A DNA stretch of 63,401 bases, counting the filler, from Cercozoa sp. M6MM (taxonomy: Eukaryota > Protista > Endomyxa: Ascetosporea), in the NCBI GenBank assembly GCA_040357565.1. It is 10 parts of 10 records of this genome, joined end to end, with 100 filler letters (N's around TTAATTAATTAA, not from the genome) between each part and the next. Parts side by side here need not be neighbours in the genome. Positions count along the whole stretch, not along the records: positions 27,941 to 29,837 come from JBDODJ010001889.1; positions 29,938 to 35,372 come from JBDODJ010000907.1; positions 35,473 to 54,004 come from JBDODJ010000232.1; 7 more parts are not named here. One strand, given 5' to 3'. The notes under the pieces are model-generated. The model was not told the origin of the DNA. It searched no databases and saw only the letters and a list, made by a program, of their open reading frames with translations. This document shows, piece by piece, positions 27,950 through 39,345 of the stretch. A program made the position numbers and the translations under genes. How positions within the stretch are numbered: position 1 is the first letter of the stretch; every line of letters begins with the position of its first letter.

Positions 27950-29701
27950 CTCCAGCACATCGTCGGCCTGCTGCGGCGTCAGAGAGCGGCCGCCGTACAT
28001 CAGCGTGCGCAGTCCACTGGCCGCGAATTCGTCCACATGCTCCTGCACCTGCTTATGCGGGTAATAAGGGGGTAAACAGGGGGGTAAACAGGGGGGTAAA
28101 CAGGGGGTAAACAGGGGGGTAAACAGGGGGGTAAACAGGGGGGTAAACAGGGGGTAAACAGGGGGGTAAACAGGGGGTAAACAGGGGGGTAAACAGGGGG
28201 GTAACTTACGCCTGCACGCCGATTCGCGTCGGCTTGGCACAATCGTGCTCCCACCTACATGGTTAGGGGGGTAAACAGGGGTAAATAGGGGGGTAAACAG
28301 GGGGGTAAAACGCCGCCGCACCATGTCATCGGCGCCCTTGCAGAGCAGCAGCACCGGCGAGTCGGCCAAGCGACGACCCTGCGCGTCCGCGCGGACGCAC
28401 AGGACCGACATACTGCACACAGTCAGTCCCCACATTGTGTTTTGGTATTCCAGTGTCCGCGCGGAAGCAGGTGTACCGCTTGCGGTCCGAGTTGAACTCC
28501 ATCTCGGCCAAAATTAGCCACTTTTGCTGCGCGCCGCGAATCTCCACTGTCACCTGTACACCACGGGGGGGGTAAAGGGGGGCAAAGGGGGGTAAAGTGA
28601 GTGGTCCATTTGTCCGGTCCACCTGTACACACACAGGTCCATCTGTACCAGGTCGTTCTGCCGCGCCAGCAGTTTGTAGCCACACTGCCAGGCCGCGCGG
28701 ACCAGCGCCTCCTCGTCCGGCGACGCCGCGTGGAACTTCATCGGCACGCCGTACTTGTCTGAGGGGTAAGAGGGGGTAAACAGGGGGGTAAACAGGGGGG
28801 TAAACAGGGGGTAAAGGGGAGGTAACCGGGGGGTAAAGGGGGGTAAACAGGGGGGTAAACAGGGGGGTAAACAGGAGGGTAAACAGGGGGGTAAACAGGG
28901 GGGTAAAACTACCAGGCGCATCGAGCGCCTCAGGCAGCACACTCGAGTTCAGCAGCAGATTGCACAGGTACGAGTGCAGCACTGGGCCTACAGGTGCATG
29001 TACAAATGGACGCGCGTACATCAGGTACAAATGGACTCAGGTACAAATAGACTCACGTACAAATAGACTCACGTACAAATAGACCAGTCCAAATGGACCA
29101 GTCCAAAATACAAAAGTCCAAAATACAAAAGGTGTACCAGCGGTGCCGTCGTTGGCGGCGACGGCTTCGTTTTCCACAAACTGTCGCAGCTCACTCTGTA
29201 CACACGTACACACGTGTACAAACTGGACAGTCCATATGTCCATATGTACAGTCACACGGACATTGTCCGCGCGGACAGCGGTACCTTGGGATCCACCAGA
29301 CCGCCCGAAAAGACCAAAACGTCGTTCTCGCCGCTCGGCAGCGCCGCGCACTTGTACACCTGCCCGGCGTAGGGGGGTAAGATGGGGGGTAAGATGGGGG
29401 GTAAGATGGGGGGTAAGATGGGGGTAAGATGGGGGGGGGTAAGATGGGGGTAAGATGGGGGGGTAAGATGGGGGTAAGATGGGGGTTAAGATGGGGGGCA
29501 AGGAGGAGGAGGGGGGTATACCATCTCATTGTTGGTCAGCGTGCCGGTCTTGTCGGACAGCACATACTCGATCTGACCCAGGTCCTCGCTGATGGCCGTG
29601 TTGTTGCAGTGCGCGAACTTGTGCGTGCGCTCACCGTCGTACATCGAGGTGTCCCAGTTTATGAAGCGTGCGTAGTACAGCTTGCACACGTCTAGCGACA
29701 C
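27950..29701 (-). CDS. P4-type ATPase (phospholipid flippase), internal fragment
   Basis: ISEDLGQIEYVLSDKTGTLTNNEM, FHAASPDEEALV, EFNSDRKR/MSV, LLCKGADDM, DEFAASGLRTL. Confidence 0.93.
28068..28204 (-). repeat. Intronic (TGTTTACCCCCC)n array; same family at 26595-26695, 26995-27028, 28771-28908, 29705-29837, 29938-30290
   Basis: Plus strand (GGGGG[G]TAAACA)n, ~11 units, lying between exons. Confidence 0.95.
29371..29499 (-). repeat. Intronic (ATCTTACCCCCC)n array
   Basis: Plus strand (GGGG[GG]TAAGAT)n in the intron after the DKTGT exon. Confidence 0.95.
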
Positions 29702-30361
29702 CTGTGGGGGGCAAACAGGGGGGTAAACAGGGGGGCAAACAGGAAGGTAAACAGGGGGGTAAACAGGGGGGTAAACAGGGGGGCAAACAGGGGGTAAACA
29801 GGGGCAAACAGGGGGCAAACGGGGGGTAAACAGGGGGNNNNNNNNNNNNNNNNNNNNNNNNNNNNNNNNNNNNNNNNNNNNTTAATTAATTAANNNNNNN
29901 NNNNNNNNNNNNNNNNNNNNNNNNNNNNNNNNNNNNNGGGGGGGGTAAACAGGGGGGTTAATAGGGGTAAGGTGGGGGGGGGGGGGGTAAACAGGGGGTG
30001 GATAGGGGTAAATAGGGGGGTAAATAGGGGAGTAAATAGGAGGGTAAATAGGGGCAAACAGGGGTAAATAGGGGGGTAAATAGAGGGTAAATAGAGGTGT
30101 AAATAGGGGGTAAACAGGGGTAAATAGGGGGGTAAATAGGGGTAAATAGAGGTGTAAATAGGGGGTAAACAGGAGGTAAATAGGGGGGTAAACAGGGGGT
30201 AAACAGGGGGGTAAATAGGGGGGTAAATAGGGGGGTAAACAGAGGGGTAAACAGGGAGGTAAATAGGGAGGTAAACAGGGGGGTAAAGGTGAAGAGAAGC
30301 TGAAAGTCAAGCGTATCAGCCAACAGGAGAGAGGGGAGGGGAGGGAGGGGGGGTAAACTAC

Positions 30362-31750
30362 CAGTCGCAGCATGAGGAGCCACTGCGTGCTGTCGCTGTT
30401 CTCGCGTCCGATGGCGAGTGCCCACCAGGGAAAGGAGGCCAGCAGGTCCACCACGAACCACGACGTCAGATAGCGCTTCGCGATGGCCCAGTGCGACGTG
30501 CACAGCGACCCGTCCGGCAGCTCATAGGCCAGGAAGAAGGTCAGCACCATGTCCGTGAGAAACAGCGCATCCACCGGCAGTTCCCAGTAGCTCAGACCTG
30601 CGCAGTCAGTGCACAGTTTCCTACAGTCCTACCCTGCACAACTCTCTTACTCCCTCTTCTCCTTTGAGACACCACCTTCAGAAAACGCCAGTCGCAGCGG
30701 CATCACCACCACCGTGTACACCAGTAGGAACAGCATCACGCGCTCCCACCAACGCACTATCGTCGAGTGCGGCACCAGCACGCCTGCCCAGCCTACACAC
30801 AAGCTTTCAACTCAAAGCTTTGTCTCAAAGCTCTTTCAACTCAAAGCTCTTTCAACTCAAAGCTTTGTCTCAAAGCTCTTGCAACTCAAAGCTCTTTGAG
30901 GTGCTACCTGTGCGCACGCAGCCGAAACAATTCGTGTCCGTGGGAATTCGGTTCTCTGTTAGCAGTCAGTCGCACACATCAAAGCAAAGCGACACTTGAA
31001 ACACAGCAAAGCAAAGCAACACTTGAAACAAAGCAAAGCGACACACTCGAAATTACTTCGAAGCAACACACTCGAAATTACATCGAAGCAAAGCGGAAAG
31101 ACCTTCTGCGATCGTGGCGAGCTGCGCCTGCAGATTCGCGCGTCGCTGAGCACGCAGCGTGTGATCCCAAAAGTCGTCATCTTCGATCATGTCCGGACCC
31201 ATGTCTGCACAGAAGCACACTCACGAAGCAATTCAATCAGCAGTTTGCTGAGCTACCCGAAAGCGTGAAGGTGTCCATAAAGGACTCCGGATGCACCTCC
31301 AACGTGCTGTCTTGCGCCACCTCCAAAGTGCTGTCTTGTGCATGCTGCACACAACGAGCAGCGAGACATAACGAAAGCAAAGCAAAGCGCAAAGCACAAC
31401 TCACGGATCGCTCCATCATCTCGATCGAGGCGGAGCTGTCCTGGGGCTGCATCTTGCTATAGAGAACATCATCAACACTCGAAGGCACAGCGAACAACTC
31501 GCTCAGCTGCAGAAACACACTCGACGAGCGCTCTCGCGCCGAATCGCTCATCGCAGCATCGCCAAAGTGAAAAGCTCAAAAAAACTTCAAGGTGGATCGG
31601 CTACCTCAGGGCGCAGCTTCCATGCCGCAACCACGTCACTCGATTGTCCGATAATGAGTCGTTGGACCTATCGTCGAAATCGCGTGGACGGTCGATCTCG
31701 CGGCGCGTTTCGCTTCTTGCTCACCCTTCGTGCGTTTCCGTTCTGTGCGT
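30362..31750 (-). CDS. Cyclic-nucleotide-binding-domain family (EAG/AKT/HCN-like) cation channel, S1-S4 region, 3' partial
   Basis: VLVPHSTIVRWWERVMLFLLVYTVVVMPLRLAF; VDALFLTDMVLTFFLAY...IAKRYLTSWFVVDLLASFPW...LLMLRL. Start approximate. Confidence 0.85.
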
Positions 31751-32080
31751 CTGGTGCGTCACGTCACGGCCTTCACTCTCCCTAAGACCTCAATCTACAC
31801 ACTTTCTATGGTCACCAGACTAAACTGTGACCGTTAGAGTGCGCGAGCAGCCTGTGCAAAGTGTGATCTCCGCGCACGCAGCGCACCCTTAATCAGTACC
31901 CAAGGCCAAGCGGTTTGTCTCCATTAGAAGCATCAGGCCCGTCACGTGTGTGTAATTTCTGTGTATTCTGTGTTAGCACAGTTCAGTACACAGATTATGC
32001 GTCTGTTGACCGGTTTGCGCATTGTTCGATGTGCTGCCGTCCGCGCGGATGTGCGTTTCTTCGCGCGCCCTGTCCGAAAG

Positions 32081-33090
32081 ATGCCAGAGATCGAAGCCTT
32101 CCTCGAAGATATTGATCTCTCTAACGTCGATGTTGACGTTGAGTCTGTGGTGTGCTGATTTGCGAGCCTGTTGGGCTTTCTGGAATTGATTGTGCTTGCA
32201 GGACGACACGGATCTGCTTGCGCTCGCAGAGCAGGAGTTTGGTGAAGAAGACGGCCGAGCCAGTCGTGGTAAGTCGGAATCACAGACCTTTCCTTGCAGT
32301 CATTTCACATCTATGTCACAGGGCAAAGCTACGAGGATCTCGAGGGAATCTTCCGCGAGTATCACTTTTTTTTGTTTTCGCTGCTTGTGTCTGTTGCTTG
32401 AACTGGTTTTTTAGCTTCAAGAAGCAGCACGGTGCTGTTGCGACTGAAGAAGAAATCGAACGCGCTCGACAAGAGATGCAGAAAGCAAAGCAACGAGTGC
32501 GAATGGTAGTTTTTGCATCTTCTCAATTGCGTGCAGGTTTATCACATGTGTCTTTGCAGCAAAGAAACCGCCGAATGGCGCCAGAATTCTTTAACGAAAT
32601 TGCGGCTGTATTCTCTTTTGATTCTTTTTGATAAACCTGTCTGAGAAGAGAGACTCATGTGTTTCAGGTCAAGTCGGGCAACGAGGAAGAGATTGAGAAG
32701 AAACTCGGTCGTCGTTTGGAAGATGTTCTTCATTCTCTTTGAACGATTGCACTCGTCTGCACATGTCTTTGTTTCTCTTAGGTACTGGAAGAGAAGCGTG
32801 CACGTGCAGAAGCGGCGCGTCGAGCAGCTGAGGTAGTTTGTGTCAGTGTTAAGTTCGTCAGGTACCTTCGTGTTGTCTCGGCAGGAGAAGGCAGAGCAAG
32901 CCAGAAAGAAAATGGAGCTTCAAGAGGAAGAACTCGCTGGTCCGTTGACTTGCTTTGTGATGTGAAAGCTACACTCATTGTGGACACACAGAACTGCGTG
33001 CTCTGTCGCCGGAGCAGCAGAAGGACAAGGCAACCACGCTTCGCCGCGAGTTGGTGCGTTCGCTGTGTGTTGTTCATTCGCTGAAGGACT

Positions 33091-33139
<49 letters not shown>

Positions 33140-35089
33140 ATGTATGTGTGTGTGCGTGTGTGTGTGTATGTGTGTGTGTGTATGTGTGTGTGTGTATGTA
33201 TGTATGTATGTATGTGTGTGTGTCTGTGTGTATGTATGTATGTATGTGTGTGTCTGTGTCTGTGTCTGTGTGTGTGTATGTATGTGTGTGTATGTGTGTG
33301 TGTGTATGTATGTGTCTGTGTGTGTGTGTCTGGTAGATTGTGCTGCACGCACTGGCCAAGCAGAAGAATTGGCATTCGCAAGCCAACACGCGACGTGCCT
33401 ACCTGCAGAAGGCCGTCTCGATGCTGCGGAGGTTGGAGGTGCTGGACGCCAAGCAGCTCACCGAGCAGGAGTACAAACTGGTCGGTTTCTCTGTGTTGAC
33501 TTTGAAAACTCAACTGACTTGGCTTGACTGACTTGACTTGACTCTTGCCTTGTGCAGCTGCAACGTGCGGCCAACCAGGATGACAAGGAACTTGAGAACG
33601 ACGAAGACAGTCCTTTTGCTTCGGCGCCTGAGGTTCTTTCTTCCTTCTGTGTGTGGCATTGTCTTGACGTGTCCCCCCCTGGTGCAGAACGACGAGAGCG
33701 CACAGTTCGAAGAAGTGATGCGACGTGCACGTCGCATGTCGTTGGGCACCATCGATATCGTAGCCACCCTGCTGTGCTGGCATGTTCATTTAGAGTCTTG
33801 TGTGTGCTCAGGAAGGACGCGAGTTCGAGCGCGAACTCCTCGACATTGCCTCGATGCGCAAGTGCGTTTCTTCTTGACTCACTGACTGAGTACACACGTG
33901 TCAGTCACGTGTCTATGTGTAGGTACGAAACCGACCATGTGGAGGGTCAGCCACTGCCGCCCAAGAACCGTCCGTTGCGCAAGGGCACCTCCAAGATCAA
34001 GGGCTACGTCGCTCCCGATCGCGTTGCCGGTACTGTTGAAACTTGGCCCTCTTGGCTTGTTTGAAGTATTACCCCCCCCCCTCAGGCTCGGATGCAGAGG
34101 AACTTCGCTCGCGCAAGATTCAGTTTGTGGAGGGTCATGCCTTCCCGCAGTACGTGTCGCAGCGTTCCGATGCCAGTCGTGAGCGAACGGCGGCACCTTC
34201 GGTATGTTTGCATGTTTACAACTGGACTCCAGTATAACTGCCCACACAACTGTACCATCTGACTGGACCAAATGGTATGCCTCAGGGTGCCGAGAACCGT
34301 GCCTCGCGCGTGATGGACGTGCGCTACCTGTCGAGCATGTCGGGTGCCTCCTTCGTGGAGTGCAGCACGGCGTGGGACGAGGGCCTCGGCACCGTGGAGG
34401 GCGCCTTGCGTATCCTCGAGGAGCGCTGTCAGCACCGCCTGCAAGAGGACTTCGGCATCTCGCCTGCGCAGGCCAAGGCGTGCGCTGTGCACGGACACGG
34501 CAACTGGGCGCGCACACTGCAGCACGCCGTGCGCAAGGACCTCGTGCCTGAGGCACATCCCGAAGTGGCTGTACCAGTCCTAACACAGACCTATCTAACA
34601 CTACTGGCTTGTGTGAATAGAGCGTTCTCACCCAAAAGAAGAAGGAGGAAAAGGTCGACCCGCTCGAGTTGCTGCGACAGCAGAAGCCTGCCGAGTACGC
34701 CGCCAAGATGCGCGAGCTGCGCGAACGAGAGGAACTGGTGTGTCTGACTGTACCACCTTCCCGATACTTCTTTATGCCTCCCTCCAGATGAAGAAGGAGC
34801 TGGAGAAGAGACGACGCACTGCCGAGGAAGAGGCCAAGGAAGAACTCAAGAACGAAAAGGGCACCTCGATGTTCTCGTCGCTCATGGACAACATCTCGCG
34901 CTTCCGCAAGGGCGCCTCGCGCATCATCGATGAGGTGCCTGCCCTTTGTCTCTCCTGTGTTGCTTGCTTGGTTTAGGTACGTGTGCTTGTGTGTGTGTGT
35001 GTGTGTGTGTGTCCTAGCGTGAGACGGCGCGTCGTGGTGGTATCGCCTCTGCTGAGGGCTCCTTCGCCAAGAAGATCAAGTCGATCTAG
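32081..35089 (+). CDS. Hypothetical coiled-coil protein, many small exons
   Basis: MPEIEAFLEDIDLSNVD... through E/K/R-rich exons to ...FAKKIKSI*, consistent GT-AG introns; no family recognised. Confidence 0.65.
33092..33330. repeat. Intronic (TG)n/(TATG)n microsatellite; similar tracts at 6908-6948, 14664-14778, 22645-22692, 26112-26322, 61156-61255
   Basis: Directly visible dinucleotide tracts. Confidence 0.95.
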
Positions 35090-35489
35090 AACTCGTTACG
35101 TAGTTTCCACAGCCGTTTTTTGCACTCGCTCAGTACGTCGGCTACCTCACTAGCATTTACAGTCGAGTGCTAGTCAGTTGAACGAACGTAGCATCGTTCC
35201 AGTCCGAGTCGAACTCAAACTGCTCAGCAATGCGTTTAGCCTTAGAGTAATAACCACAAGTGCTAAATCGCAAACTTCAGAAAAGAGATTCGATTTCTGT
35301 AAGGTAGGTTCTTTACCACCCCTATCCCCCACACCTCCTCACCATAATTTGGAACACACAGGAGTGACATGTNNNNNNNNNNNNNNNNNNNNNNNNNNNN
35401 NNNNNNNNNNNNNNNNTTAATTAATTAANNNNNNNNNNNNNNNNNNNNNNNNNNNNNNNNNNNNNNNNNNNNCCCCCCCTACCCTTCAA

Positions 35490-36852
35490 CCCTTGAAGCA
35501 CAACTGTACTGCGTGTTCCGCACGAGCCAGCGCAGCCCCGTGTTGGACTTCCAGTACGGCAGCTGACGGTTCGCGCACGCCCACAGCGTGTGCTGGAAGG
35601 CGCCCTGCATACAAAGGTAAATGGGAAGGGGGAGGGGTTAAACAAGAAGAGACACATACAGTGACATGAAACGGCGTCTCCATGGCGACGTGATGCGCAA
35701 CGCCGAACTCTTCGACGGTTTCGAATTTCTGCCGAATTCGCGAATCGCGCTTTGATCGCTTTTTCGTTTTCTTCTTGCCACTTTCCTCCTGCGAAACGTA
35801 AGGTGAATCGAGGGGTAACGGGGAGGGGTAAAAAGGGGTAAAACTACCGGAATGGTAGTGCGCGCAACCGAGATCAGTCGGTCCTGTGTCCCAACTGAAT
35901 TAGTCAATTCAAGCATGATAATTCAAAACACAGTTCTACCAGATCGCCGTCCTTTTCTGCCGCCATCAGCATGATGTGGGCCAACGGGTGCACCTCCGTG
36001 CAGAAGAACTGCGCCGTCTCCAAAGTGGCTACAACACAGTTCACTTTTCGGCAAAACCAGCAAAAATAAAACTAAAGCCTACTGTTGTGATGCAACATTT
36101 GCACGAATGTGGAGGCACCGGATACATCCAGTCTGTCCAGTTTCGGCCCACAATCCAGCGGACCAAAAACTACAAAAACCCGAAAAAGCCAAAATCGCAC
36201 CTGTTGCCACCAAACCCAAGTCGCAGGTGTTTTGTAACTCTGTGGAACACAAGAACACGTTCAAACAGTCGCCAGGGTCCGGGAAAGCGAAAAATACCGA
36301 TTGTTGATCAGCAAAGCCGAGATAACGATGAGATCCTGATTACACAAGCCGTCGATCGAGATCGTCGTGGCTGGTCTGGAGCGAAGAAAGCGTCAGAGAT
36401 CTCAAAAATAGCGAGGCCAACTGTCCACTCACCGGTAGTCGGGACGGTGCGGGTGCGAGTCGTCGCCACGCCACAACGGGACCTGACCAGATCAAAATAC
36501 ACGTGCGAGTAGCTTGCAGAGTTTGGTCAGTTTTACATCCAGCTGCGTGTCCTTCAGTCTGACGTGGTAGATCGACGGGTTTCGCGTCAGTAGCGTGCCT
36601 GCACACTTCAGTTTTGGGCCAGTACAGTCAAAACCAAAACGGAGAAACGCACCGATGACTGTGCACTCAGAGGAACGCAGATTGCCCGTGTTTCGTTCGC
36701 GTTGACGCTTGTGCAGACCCGCTACATTAGCATATCATACCCCCCTTTGATCCCTCCCCCATCAGTAAAAAGTCAACGCACGTCGGAAACGACGTCGCCG
36801 CAGTTTCGAAAAGTCGAGACAGTTGAAACTGAAAATAGCTTATATAATAGCA

Positions 36853-36886
<34 letters not shown>

Positions 36887-39179
36887 TTATATCTAAATAG
36901 GTGTATATATACGTGCGTCCGTCCTTATGCACGCCCTTGAGCCGCTGCACTGGCAGTCGAATACCTGCATGCAACTGCCGGGGGGTTAGGGAGTGGGGGG
37001 GTATGCAGCGGGTCAACAGGGGTACATGGGAATGAAACAAGGGGGCTAAAGGAAGTAAAAACAAGTACAAGCCTACCTGGACAGTCTGCAGCACCGTGTT
37101 GCGCAACAAGGCGTTGCACAAGTCGAAAGTGACGGCGCGATCGACGTAGTTGCCTTCGAGCGACACATGCTGCAGCGACGGCGATACCTATACCAGATGG
37201 ATCACCCGGACAGATACAAATGGACAGGTACACATGGCTCGAACAGTACAGATGTACACCAGCAACTGTACCTCGATCGCCGCAATGACCTCGCGCAGTT
37301 GTTCCTGTCGCAGTCGAAAGTCCTTGTAACTCACCTTGCTGCCAAACAAGCAGTGCAAAGACAGGCAGCAGGACAGGTATAGAAAGTACAGAACAACGCC
37401 ACGTCGAATCGCCGTCAGATTCGGGACGATTCCCACGCCTGCACGGAAAAAGGGTATAAAACGAAGGAAAGTGGAAGGGGAAAGGGGAAAATAATCAAAG
37501 TTATAAAGAGGAGGAGGGTGTAAAAGGAGGTCAAAATCTGAGAGAAACAAAGCACCCGCGCGGAACAGAGTGCGCGCGTAGAACCAAAACGGCACATTGT
37601 TGCCTTTGGCGCCATAATAGATCGCAAGCATGTTCTTGCCTGTGCACATCACCCTGGAATCAACTGGGCAGCTGTAAACTCGTAAGAGGTACCGATCGAC
37701 ATGAGCGAACCCAGAAGCGACAGTGTGAGCAACCACAAACTGATCTGAATGCCACCATTCTGCGAAAACACACAAAAAACAAACATCATCAGGAAAAACA
37801 AAAAACAGAGGTCTTAGTCACCTCCGAGTCGGGATTCAGGAAGATGTAGAACTGCAACGCGATCTGAGGGAGCTGTCCAAGCAACACATGCACATCAATC
37901 GACAAAAAACAAAGAAATCTGGAGAAAACTGGAGAAAAAGAACACTGGCTGAAGAGATCAGAACACTAGAGAAAACCTGCAGAAAGGAGAACTGGAGAAT
38001 AACTGAGTTACCGACTCAAACAACGACTCGCACAGGTGCCGCGATCGCTCGTAACTGTGTCAGTTTGTTGATTGTAACCCACGAACTGCACATTGTCAAA
38101 GGAAAAGCATACAAGCGCAGATACTGCGTTTTCTTAAGGTCGCTCAGCAGGAAACGCGTCACAATGAACATGTCCGTCACGATAAGTGCCGGCACGCCAA
38201 AGATCAGATAGCTGCAGAACAGATTTAATCGACGCATTTCAACAAAACAAAAAAGAACACAACATACGCAAAAACGAGAGTGATGAAGGAGCACATGCTG
38301 CCGTGTCCGTAGACATCCAGGATCTAAATTTTATCAGATAAACACATATATCAAACTGCCGGGCCTTAACAACTCTCGTCACCTTGATCTGGTAGGTACG
38401 AAACAGGAAGAGGTATAGAACAATGTAGGGCAGCAACATGCATCCGCACATCATCATTGCGCTGCAAGACACAAAAAAACAAAAATACGGACATCTTCAA
38501 AAGCCAAAACACAGACGTACATTTCAAAGTTTTGGTTGGTTGAATCAGCGCTGTTGAGCAATTCGTAGATCAGCAGACCGTCCGAAATCTACACAGAAGC
38601 CATTGCTGTCTTGTTCTGTTGACGCTTTGTGGAAGGAAAGAAAATGATGTACGGTGTCAAACATGAAGAGAAATCGCGAGCCAGTCGAAAACACACGCGA
38701 CATGAACCTTCGTGCTCTCGTGTTGCGTCCAAAGTGGCGTTTCAAAAACGTGTCAGATGTTGACACCATCACATCTTCATGCCCAATGGTATCGTCATTC
38801 TCCGGACTTCTGGTTGTGTCCTCGCTACCTCATGTTCACGTCATTCATGGCGATAACACATAGCACACAGGCGTAGTACCCTTCGTTGCCAAAAGCTTCG
38901 CCAACGTCAGCGATCTCTTCTTCCTTGAACACTCCGACCACAGCTGCAGACAGACAAGACCAACGCATCTCCAATTGTCATCCTCACACAACCAGCGCAC
39001 CAGCCAAGTCCAGTCCGGGATCGTTGCCTTGCCACAGCAGCAGATCGTCGTCGTCGGTACTCTCCGTGTTGCTGAATGCACAACAACAATGAGAACAACG
39101 TGATTCGACCGTTGGCAAGCAATATAAAACGTATTTACACAGACGAGAGAGTGCTCTCTCGCGTCAGATCACCAGCCAT
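35490..39179 (-). CDS. Multi-pass membrane protein with XK-related motif followed by an LRR-like segment; 3' extent uncertain
   Basis: Acidic N-terminus, hydrophobic helices (MLLPYIVLYLFLF; YLIFGVPALIVTDMFIV), CLDSSPQIALQFYIFL (cf. XK-family ESAPQLxLQLYI), then SPSLQHVSLEGNYV..LCNALLRNTVLQTV. Confidence 0.5.
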
Positions 39180-39345
39180 GCGCCAATTTAGACGCGCAAA
39201 GCCTGGGATGTCACTAAACACCCGCTATTGCTTGAGCTTTGTTTTATGTTGATGAACTCTTTTTTAAATGATCGCCGGGTTCAGGTGGTCCCTCCCCCCG
39301 TTTTGGCCGTGGCTGTCGCTCTAGTCAAACATGGCACTGATAGGT

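Noticed and set aside
28068-30290. G-rich arrays as CRISPR arrays or true chromosome ends
   Set aside because: No unique spacers and no cas genes; arrays lie between in-frame exons, so they are intronic.
32920-33527. Long His-Thr, Val-Cys, Pro-Tyr and Asn/Gln ORFs in the ORF track (also 14464-14834, 25906-26378, 53024-54056, 61057-61702)
   Set aside because: These are translations of intronic microsatellites.
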